A stretch of 6,995 nt of DNA, from contig NW_021829117.1 in the NCBI RefSeq assembly GCF_006345805.1, forward strand, positions 1 through 6,995, written 5' to 3'. The DNA comes from Octopus sinensis. Taxonomy: Eukaryota. Positions 1-6,995 of this stretch are shown piece after piece. A program made the position numbers and the translations under genes. Below the pieces are notes generated by a model. It worked only from the letters and a program-made list of their open reading frames with translations. It was not told the origin of the DNA and searched no databases. Each line of letters begins with the position of its first letter. Position 1 is the first letter of the stretch.

Positions 1-143
1 ACACACACACACATACATCTACATTTGTATACACACATATATGAATTTAGCGACTTCAGGTATTGTTCATACACTTCGAATATATACATCCACATTCTAT
101 TCACAGATTAATATTCGCACCTCCCGTAGATTTTGTTTCTTAG

Positions 144-185
144 CAAAAGTTTCCACGACATCAAATACCTTTGACGTTACCACCC
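144..185 (+). CDS. Candidate 42-nt symmetric (phase 1-1) Ser/Thr-rich micro-exon of an unknown host gene
   Basis: Acceptor TTTTGTTTCTTAG (131-143) and donor GTAAGC (186-191). The length is a multiple of 3 and the phase-1 frame is open: xKVSTTSNTFDVTT. Splice-signal evidence only. Confidence 0.3.
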
Positions 186-539
186 GTAAGCAACTGACTT
201 TCTTTCTTAACACGCTGAGAAAACTTTTCACCAAAGTAAATATCCGCATTCTGATAATATTGTTTCAGAAATATAATTTTGATTTTGTAAAAATATGGCT
301 GAGAGGGGGATGAAACATAAAAGGGGAACTTAATCGAGAGGAATCTTTGCCGTGGCTGACACAAAATTATGCACGATAGAATAAGATATCAAAAAGGATA
401 ACATAAAAATACATTTATAAATAATAATGATAAAAATAAGGAAGTAGAAAGCTGGACTCCTAAGAATGATGTTTCATATTATTAAATATGTTCAAGAAAT
501 TTTAATAAAATATTGTGCAAGCAATCAGAAAATACTTTC

Positions 540-625
540 CCAAACTCTATCACTCTCTCTCGTTTTTACTTTTTCTCTCCTTCTCTTTCTATTTCCTTCT
601 CTTTCTCCCTCTCTCTCTCCTCTCA
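540..625. repeat. CT-rich polypyrimidine / degenerate (CT)n tract
   Basis: Near-pure C/T sequence such as CTCTCTCTCGTTTTTACTTTTTCTCTCCTTCTCTTTC. Confidence 0.8.
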
Positions 626-795
626 ATCTACATCAATCTATGTCTATATATCATTGCCTATCTTAGCTTTTGTAGATAGGTGTATATCTCTTAAATATTC
701 ACATCACTGCAATCTCTTTAAAGTTCCCGAGTCAGCCCATAATCTAATAGATTTTCGATCCATCAAAATTTGCTCTCCACCTCACAGACAAATAC

Positions 796-1014
796 AAATA
801 CACACACGCACGCATACACACACGCGTATACACACACGCACACACACACACACACACACAAATGTACGTGCAGACATGCACACACACACGTATATGCAAT
901 ATAATATATATATATACATATATATATAATACATATTATATATACACACATCTTTATATATACATACATATATATATGCGTGTATATATATATATAATAC
1001 ATATTATATATACA

Positions 1015-1052
<38 letters not shown>
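796..1052. repeat. Compound microsatellite (CA)n-(TA)n-(TG)n
   Basis: Directly visible dinucleotide runs. Confidence 0.95.
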
Positions 1053-1609
1053 CGCACTCTATCTTTCTCAAGCACAAATTTATTTATAAGCAGGCGTATC
1101 TAAATATACATATATAGACGTACACAAAAATAACGCGCGCATAATCAGAAGCATTCACAGGGACAACACATACACACCAGCGTAATCTTTGCAAACGCAT
1201 GCATTTTGTTACTTTAGCAAGATGGAGGAAAATATCTGGAGTTTAATAATAAAATAAAAAATGACGTGGTTTCTTATAATAAACCAGTTATCTCTAGATA
1301 ATACGCAAAGTAAATCTAACGAAATAGATACGGACGTAAATGATGGATTTTTCTGACACTTTAAATACTTCCTTTCAACTTTATAAAGCTCGATTAGATG
1401 TGATAAAGGTAAACACTATATAACTGTGATACAACCTCTATAAAAAAAAAAGGGACCATCGTTTTATATGTAAGTAAAAGAAGTTTTTCTTGGTAAATAT
1501 AGAGAAAAAAATAGATTAGTATTCGATCACATCTTGTAAAATGAGGAAGTAGGTGTGACGTTTGCTTTTGATATCACTTCTAAGAAGATGAAATGAATAA
1601 AAGCAACTG

Positions 1610-1638
1610 TATACACACGCACACACAGGCACACACAG

Positions 1639-1673
<35 letters not shown>

Positions 1674-1839
1674 ACCACAAACATACACACACAAACACAC
1701 ACACATATATATACACGCGTATGCATACACATACCTGTATTTATATGGAGAGAGAAGAAGAGAGGGTAGAGTCTCTCCTCTCTATATATATATATACACA
1801 CAGTACATATATACATATATCATGTATATATGTATATAC

Positions 1840-1880
<41 letters not shown>

Positions 1881-1885
1881 ATGTT

Positions 1886-1916
<31 letters not shown>

Positions 1917-2095
1917 GTGTGTGTATATATATATATGTATATATATATATATGGTGTATATATATATATATATGTGTGTGTGTATTATAAATATATATGT
2001 GTATATATATATATGTTGTGTATATATATGTGTATATATATATATATGTGTGTGTGTATATATATTATATTATATATATATATATATATATAATG

Positions 2096-2139
<44 letters not shown>

Positions 2140-2162
2140 ACCACACACACATATACACATAC
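1610..2162. repeat. Compound microsatellite (CA)n, short GA/CT block, then mixed (TA)n/(TG)n
   Basis: Directly visible; source of the many YIYI/CVCV ORFs in the track. Confidence 0.95.
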
Positions 2163-2753
2163 AGGTATGTGATGTGTAAACTGAACCCACCTCAAGTAAG
2201 TCAAGTAATATCTTTTATTACAACTATATATATATATTTAAAAAAGAAGTTATTTATAAGCTTTTCAAAACTTCCGATCAAGTATGCCCGAGTTAAAATA
2301 TGATAAGTATCAGAGTTCATTACTTATCTGATATATATTTTGAGCAGCTTTCATTTCCTTTAGACTCACGAAGAATACAAATGATGAAATAGAAACGAAC
2401 TTTGATTTTGAGGTAATATTTATCTAGTTTTGATTAGAGAAAAGAAAATTGAACACATATCTTATGTAGTGAAAGGAATATCTTACATTCATAACTAATT
2501 TGGTGAGAATTATTTCCTTTAAGTCTAATGAAGTTAAGAAACAGAAAAGATTCTGTTCTTGAAAAGTTCAACGCCTATATTGGATGACTGAGGTAAAAAG
2601 CAACTCATAATGCGTATTGAAAAAGGGAGATAATATGAATAAGATACGTAGCTGCGGTGTTGGTGAAGGAAAGTACGAGTCTGTAAATTTTATATGTAAA
2701 TAGGTGTAAGTTAACCCATTCAGGCATATAGTAGTACCTGGTAAAATAACATT

Positions 2754-3150
2754 TCAGTCTTTCATCAGGAGTTTATCGAAGTAATGAAATTTGATGAAGA
2801 TCTCTACTCTGAATTTTAAACAGTCGGCAGATTTATTGAAGTTCATGGGTATCAGGTTATTTTCAGCTGTGCACAATGCGCATATATTAGTTCCATTTCT
2901 GCATGGTTTACATCTGTCGAAGATATTCTATATTATATCTGATGTAGTGCCATATTGTATCGATGTTCAAACATAATTTGACATGTTAGTATGTTAGTTA
3001 TTTCCTCTTCTCTTTGTTCCTGAAAGAAAGAGTCTAGCTGAAATATCGCTGGATTAATTTACATTCCACCACACAAGTAGACATAATGTTTAAGAACTTT
3101 CTTTGGCTTGTTAAAGCTGATCTTTGCGTCAAAGATAATTGCTTCAGCGT
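2754..3150 (-). pseudogene. Degenerate Penelope-like element (PLE) GIY-YIG endonuclease domain, C-terminal end of the PLE ORF
   Basis: Manual minus-strand translation, joined across two frameshifts: AEAIIFDAKISFNKPKKVLKHYVYLCG / ECKLIQRYFS*TLSFRNKEKRK / TNMSNYV*TSIQYGTTSDII*NIFDRCKPCRNGTNICALCTAENNLIPMNFNKSADCLKFRVEIFIKFHYFDKLLMKD*. This follows the recalled PLE endonuclease pattern IIY..A....YIGL....FK.RY..H..SFR......T.LS.YIW......I.W.I.....PY......C.LC..EK..I....LLN.R.E...C.H..K. Two stops fall at expected Trp positions (TGA, and TAG at 2930-2928). CALC is at 2882-2871. An 8-bp tandem duplication ATGTTAGT (2983-2998) causes one frameshift. No database search was run. Confidence 0.8.
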
Positions 3151-3573
3151 AACTTATGAAAACGGTGATTGTGTTGAACATTTTAAATATATACATACAT
3201 ATTCCTACATATAACTCAATATTTCCTATCGTCAATCAGCTTAGCGGATATAATTCACATCAAACTAGTTATAATTGATAAATACTTAATTCAAATATAT
3301 CTGCAAATTCTTCGCCTATTTTCAAATTTAAATACATTTTAACTCAAGACCTCCAACTCCTTTTACTAACTTATTTCACGTCGCAAGTGTAACCTAAGTA
3401 AGTGAAGGATGTTTACGAGTAGCCCTCCTTACTACAGCTTCAACTGGATTATGCAGAACGGAGAATTGTGAATATTATTGTCAGACATATTTGATAGAAT
3501 AATGTAATACAGGATTTTGATTACTCTGGGGAGCATATATTCGTATCACTAGCGTTACATATTTGACAGTATT

Positions 3574-3772
3574 GTATGTATAAATATACATGTGTATATA
3601 TATTTATATACACATATATATATGCATGTATGATTGTGTGCATGTGCTCGTGTGTGCATGTTTATATAAGTTCATATACCTATATATATATGTACATATG
3701 TATACATATACGTGCATACGCATACACACATATTTTATGTATACAAGCATACATGCATATACACATACATAC
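3574..3772. repeat. Degenerate alternating purine-pyrimidine (TA/CA/TG) microsatellite
   Basis: Directly visible. Confidence 0.85.
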
Positions 3773-4013
3773 ATTTTATTTTACTTTTTCACAAGTTTTC
3801 ATTTCTGCCACACACAATCTACATCATTTTTTATGTCACATATGAACGACGTAAGGTTTTTAATATATTCTTCTCAACATCAACATTTTTTCTTCGTAAT
3901 CGCGTGAACATCGGAATTAAGAAAACCCACATGACTTTTTATAAAGTCACTCCTCAACAAAACATACAGAACTCTCTTTTTTTCACATTTTTCACCCATG
4001 GATTCAACGCAGG

Positions 4014-4255
4014 ACACACAACACACACACACACATATTTATATATATATATACATATATATATACTCATATGAGTACTTACATATACAGTTTGCGCATA
4101 TGTATATGCATATGTTAGTATATAAATATATAAACATGCATACACATACATATCTATACTTTTACTAATATTCATATATATATATATGTACATAAATATA
4201 TGTATATATATATATATGTACGTATGTATATACATATATATATATACATATATAT
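4014..4255. repeat. Degenerate (CA)n/(TA)n microsatellite left of the SINE
   Basis: Directly visible. Confidence 0.9.
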
Positions 4256-4619
4256 GGAAGCACTCCGTCGGTTACGACGATGAGGGTTCCGGTTGATCCG
4301 AATCAACGGAACAGCCTGCTCGTGAAATTAACGTGTAAGTGGCTGAGCACTCCACAGACACCTGCACCCTTAACGTAGTTCTCGGGGATATTCAGCGTGA
4401 CACAGAGAGTGACAAGGCCGGCCCCTTGAAATACAGGTACAACAGAAACAGGAAGTAAGAGAAAGTTGTGGTGAAAGAGTACAGCAGGGATCGCCACCTC
4501 CTGCCGGAGCCTCGTGGAGCTTTTAGGTGTTTTCGCTCAATAAACACTCTGGGAATCGAAACCGCGATCCTATGACCGCGAGTCCTGTGCCCTAACCACT
4601 GGGCCATTGCCACCTCCAC
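4256..4619 (-). mobile_element. tRNA-derived SINE, apparently full length, inserted in a (TA)n/(CATA)n tract
   Basis: GC-rich island between microsatellites. The minus-strand 5' head GTGGAGGTGGCAATGGCCCAGTGGTTAGGGC...GGTTTCGATTCCC has a Pol III A box (TGGCCCAGTGG, 4606-4596) and B box (GGTTTCGATTCCC, 4563-4551). The 3' end carries two stem-loops (4287-4311, 4266-4279). It resembles octopus tRNA-SINEs from memory; family not assigned. Confidence 0.85.
4551..4606 (-). promoter_or_regulatory. Internal RNA polymerase III promoter (A box + B box) of the SINE
   Basis: TGGCCCAGTGG matches TRGCNNARYGG. GTTTCGATTCC is a close variant of the B-box consensus GGTTCGANNCC. The spacing is tRNA-like. Confidence 0.75.
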
Positions 4620-4683
4620 ATATACATATATATTATTATATATATATATATATATATATACATATATATACATATATATATAC

Positions 4684-4714
<31 letters not shown>

Positions 4715-4835
4715 CATATTATCTATATAATACATATATATATACATATATATATATACATATATATATAATATATCCTATTATATATATTACATATGTG
4801 TGTGTGCGTGCGTGTTTGTTTCTGCGTGTGCATGC
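4620..4835. repeat. (TA)n/(CATATATATA)n microsatellite followed by (TG)n
   Basis: Directly visible. Confidence 0.95.
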
Positions 4836-5212
4836 ATTAACCTCCCCACACATCATCTCTTAACTTCCTCCAGTGCAAGCACCACCATCTCGCTCTCTAT
4901 GACCGACTTTACAGTTCAATATTTAAATTTAGCCAGAGTTTTATCAACGTCTTCTTATTGATTTCATGTCCATATTCTCCTTGTGATGAATGAATCTCGT
5001 TGCGTAAACAATGAATCTGGTTGTATCTTATTTTATTCAATTGTAATATATCTATTTACCATGGAGCCTCTGTGTATGAAGTTTGTTTATAGCTGTATGC
5101 GAATGGAAAACTTCCAGTGTTTGTATCGCGTTCTAGATAAGTATTATATTACTTATAAAAGTATACAAGTAAACCGTAAATATTGCCTGCACCCATACAC
5201 AATTATGTCTAT

Positions 5213-5302
5213 TTATACACACGCATACATGCGAATATACGCTATATGTGTATGTGTTTGTATGTGTGTATATGTGCATGTATCACACATAGATTTGCAT
5301 AT

Positions 5303-5334
<32 letters not shown>

Positions 5335-5515
5335 ATATATATAGATATATATATATATAACTATAATACATATATATATAATATATATAATATATACATA
5401 TATATATAGTATATATATATATATATATTATATATATATATATATATATACATATATATATAATATATATATATATACATATATATATAGTATATATATA
5501 TACACATATATATAT

Positions 5516-5550
<35 letters not shown>

Positions 5551-5660
5551 CACATATATATATATATATATATCCTATATATATATATAGATATTATATA
5601 TATATACTATATATAATACATATATATACATATATATACATATACATATGTATATATGTA
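5213..5660. repeat. Long interrupted (TA)n microsatellite
   Basis: Directly visible. Confidence 0.95.
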
Positions 5661-5757
5661 TAAACCCTCCTTCTTTCCTTCTTTCCTGAGCGTCCAATAA
5701 TACATTTGTTTCACGTCCTCGCGTTGTGTTTTTTTGTGCTTTCTTGTTTGGATTAAC
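5661..5757 (+). mobile_element. Truncated PLE-like terminal-repeat fragment (pyrimidine/T-rich tail ending at (TA)n)
   Basis: Homologous to the reverse complement of 5773-5890: CTGAGCGTCCAATAATAC vs CTGGGCACCAATCTAATAC, shared ACGTCCT, and TTCTTGTTTGGATT vs TTCTTATTTCGATT. PLE assignment is inferred from the partner copy's half-hammerhead and the (TA)n context. Confidence 0.5.
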
Positions 5758-5772
5758 TATATATATATATAT

Positions 5773-5890
5773 GGGCAATCGAAATAAGAATAGAACAAGA
5801 CAACAAAAGTCAGCAGGACGTTCAGACAGAAGGTATTAGATTGGTGCCCAGATTAAGATGGCAAAAAAGCTGGGGGCGTAACGTTTCGAG
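5773..5890 (-). mobile_element. Truncated PLE-like terminal-repeat fragment beginning with the 3' half of a hammerhead motif
   Basis: The minus strand starts CTCGAAACGTTAC (C-GAAA-CG-UUA, the 3' half of a minimal hammerhead). It is cut off by (TA)n at 5891 and is homologous to 5661-5757 in inverted orientation. Confidence 0.55.
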
Positions 5891-5905
5891 TATATATGTA
5901 TATAT

Positions 5906-6124
5906 GAGAGGTATTGGTATCTAGAAAACCCAAAGAGTGGCAGGTAACGCTAATTAAGTGCTATAGACGGACCGAACTCAAATATTTATCTCCATTTAAC
6001 CATCTCACATCGTCTCTGATGAAGGGACATTCAGAATAACCCAGAAACAGCTGTAAGACTATATCTATATCTTTATCCTTATGAACTTCTCGCAGCTTTG
6101 GCCTTGTTATCTCATTTTGTCTAA
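5906..6124 (+). mobile_element. ~220-bp hammerhead-containing module (solo PLE pLTR / retrozyme-like), flanked by (TA)n
   Basis: Non-microsatellite block bounded by TATATA tracts on both sides (5891-5905 and 6125-6132). It has no long ORF and contains the hammerhead at 6012-6059. Confidence 0.6.
6012..6059 (+). ncRNA. Minimal type I hammerhead ribozyme
   Basis: Helix I GTCT(6012-15)/AGAC(6056-59); core CTGATGA(6016-22); helix II GGG(6024-26)/CCC(6040-42); GAAA(6044-47); palindromic helix III ACAGCTGT(6047-54); cleavage triplet GUA with predicted cut after A6055. Non-canonical A6023/A6043 apposition at the base of helix II. Confidence 0.8.
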
Positions 6125-6142
6125 TATATATAAAGTCGCTGA

Positions 6143-6385
6143 CGTGGCCGATGACAGTACCACCTGATCGGAGCGTTTAAGGCACATCCGAACGTGATCG
6201 TTGCCAGGCCCACAGATTGCCTCCCGTGCCGGTAGCACGTAAAAAGCACCGTTCGAGCGTGATCGTTGCCAGCTTCACCTTACCGGCTCATGTGCCCGTG
6301 GCATTTGAAAAAGAAACACCTTTTGGGTGTGGTCGTTGACAGAATCGACTAACTGGCCCTCGTGCCGGTGGCACGTAAAAGCACC
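6143..6385 (+). repeat. Degenerate tandem array of four 50-70 bp units inside the RTE-like tail
   Basis: Units start at 6143, 6193, 6258 and 6328 with CGTGGCCGATGACAG / CGTGATCGTTGCCAG / CGTGATCGTTGCCAG / TGTGGTCGTTGACAG. Units 2-4 continue after 17-18 variable nt with a CGTGCCGGTGGCACGTAAAAGCACC-like block (6225, 6291, 6361). Confidence 0.8.
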
Positions 6386-6497
6386 CACTAAACTCTCAGA
6401 TTGGTTGGCGCTAGGAAGGGGGCATCCAGCTGTAGAAAATTGGCCAGATCAGATTGAGCCTGGTGCAGCCTCTGGCTCACCATTCCTCAGTCAAACC

Positions 6498-6731
6498 TAT
6501 TTCTTTACTACCCACAAGGGGCTAAACACAGAGAGGACAAACAATGACAGACAAACGGATTAAGTCGATTATATCGACCCCAGTGCGTAACTGGTACTTA
6601 TTTAATCGACCCCGAGAGGATGAAAGGCAAAGTCAACCGCGGCGAAATTGAACTCAGAACGTAGAAGCAGCCGAAATACCGCTAAGGTTTCGCCCGGCGT
6701 GCTAACGTTTCAGCCAGCTCGCCGCCTTATA
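6498..6731 (-). mobile_element. tRNA-derived SINE with a Meta/MESC-like central domain, nested insertion with 12-bp TSD
   Basis: Flanked by the direct repeat CTCAGTCAAACC (6486-6497 and 6732-6743). Minus-strand head AAGGCGGCGAGCTGGCTGAAACGTTAGC, B-box-like GAGTTCAATTTC (6655-6644), then GACTTTGCCTTTCATCCTCTCGGGGTCGATTAAATAAGTACCAG, which resembles the MetaSINE central domain as recalled. A-rich 3' end AGTAAAGAAATA. Confidence 0.85.
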
Positions 6732-6801
6732 CTCAGTCAAACCGTCCAACTCATGCAAGCATGGAAAGCTGACGTTAAGCGACGACGACGACGATGATGA
6801 T

Positions 6802-6865
6802 ATATATGTATATATTATATATATAAATATATGATATATATATTATATATACAATATATATATAC

Positions 6866-6918
<53 letters not shown>

Positions 6919-6995
6919 CATATACATATATATATATATAATATATACATATATATATATACATATACATATATATATATACATACATATATATA
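6802..6995. repeat. Interrupted (TA)n microsatellite running to the window end
   Basis: Directly visible. Confidence 0.95.

Larger units (their letters stand above)
6135..6801 (+). mobile_element. 5'-truncated RTE-clade LINE 3' tail or RTE-dependent non-autonomous element, ending in (GAC)4(GAT)3; interrupted by a SINE at 6498-6731
   Basis: Contains GGTTGGCGCTAGGAAGGGGGCATCCAGCTGTAGAAAA (6403-6439), resembling the recalled RTE 3'-UTR motif GGTTGGCGTYAGGAAGGGCATCC.GCCGTA.AA. It has a trinucleotide tail at 6781-6801, typical of RTE ends. The sequence resumes after the duplicated CTCAGTCAAACC. Confidence 0.7.

Noticed and set aside
41-364. ORFs 41-313 (+) and 161-364 (-) as standalone genes
   Set aside because: No recognisable domain and AT-rich intron-like composition; only the 144-185 sub-segment has splice support.
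2747-2768. Minus-strand CTGATGA-AAGACT-GAAA-TGTTA resembling a hammerhead
   Set aside because: Only 6 nt lie between the core boxes (no viable helix II) and there is no helix I pairing. It overlaps the last codons of the fossil ORF, so it is coincidence or a dead relic.
2791-2976. Plus-strand 61-aa ORF
   Set aside because: It is the antisense shadow of the minus-strand GIY-YIG pseudogene and has no recognisable motifs.
3365-3403. TACTAAC branch-point match followed by AG and GTAAGT
   Set aside because: It would define a 10-nt exon with stops in two frames and a poor pyrimidine tract; likely chance.
4540-4619. Functional tRNA gene
   Set aside because: A/B boxes are present, but there is no acceptor stem or complete cloverleaf and the sequence continues into a SINE body.
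4983-5360. 125-aa plus-strand ORF
   Set aside because: It runs into microsatellite sequence, and the N-terminal part has no recognisable family features.
6143-6385. CRISPR array interpretation of the repeat/variable-segment pattern
   Set aside because: Eukaryotic retroelement context, degenerate repeats, variable segments partly similar to each other, and no cas genes.
466-6984. Numerous ORFs rich in YI/CV/HT dipeptides in the ORF track
   Set aside because: They are translations of (TA)n/(TG)n/(CA)n microsatellites or of SINE sequence, with no protein-like composition.

Overview
AT-rich eukaryotic non-coding DNA, full of (TA)n/(CA)n/(TG)n microsatellites. The repeat style and SINE types suggest a cephalopod (Octopus-like) genome; this is an inference. 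No intact protein-coding gene is supported, and most ORFs in the track are microsatellite translations. The window is a retroelement graveyard with these parts. (1) A decayed Penelope-like GIY-YIG endonuclease pseudogene on the minus strand (~2754-3150), missed by the ORF track. (2) A full-length tRNA-derived SINE on the minus strand (4256-4619). (3) A cluster at 5661-6124 of three short modules embedded in (TA)n: two homologous modules arranged tail-to-tail, and a ~220-bp module carrying a minimal type I hammerhead ribozyme (6012-6059) with a palindromic helix III. (4) An RTE-LINE-like 3' tail with an internal array of 50-70 bp hairpin repeats (6135-6801), interrupted by a second tRNA-derived SINE with a perfect 12-bp target-site duplication. 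A possible 42-nt Ser/Thr-rich micro-exon lies at 144-185.
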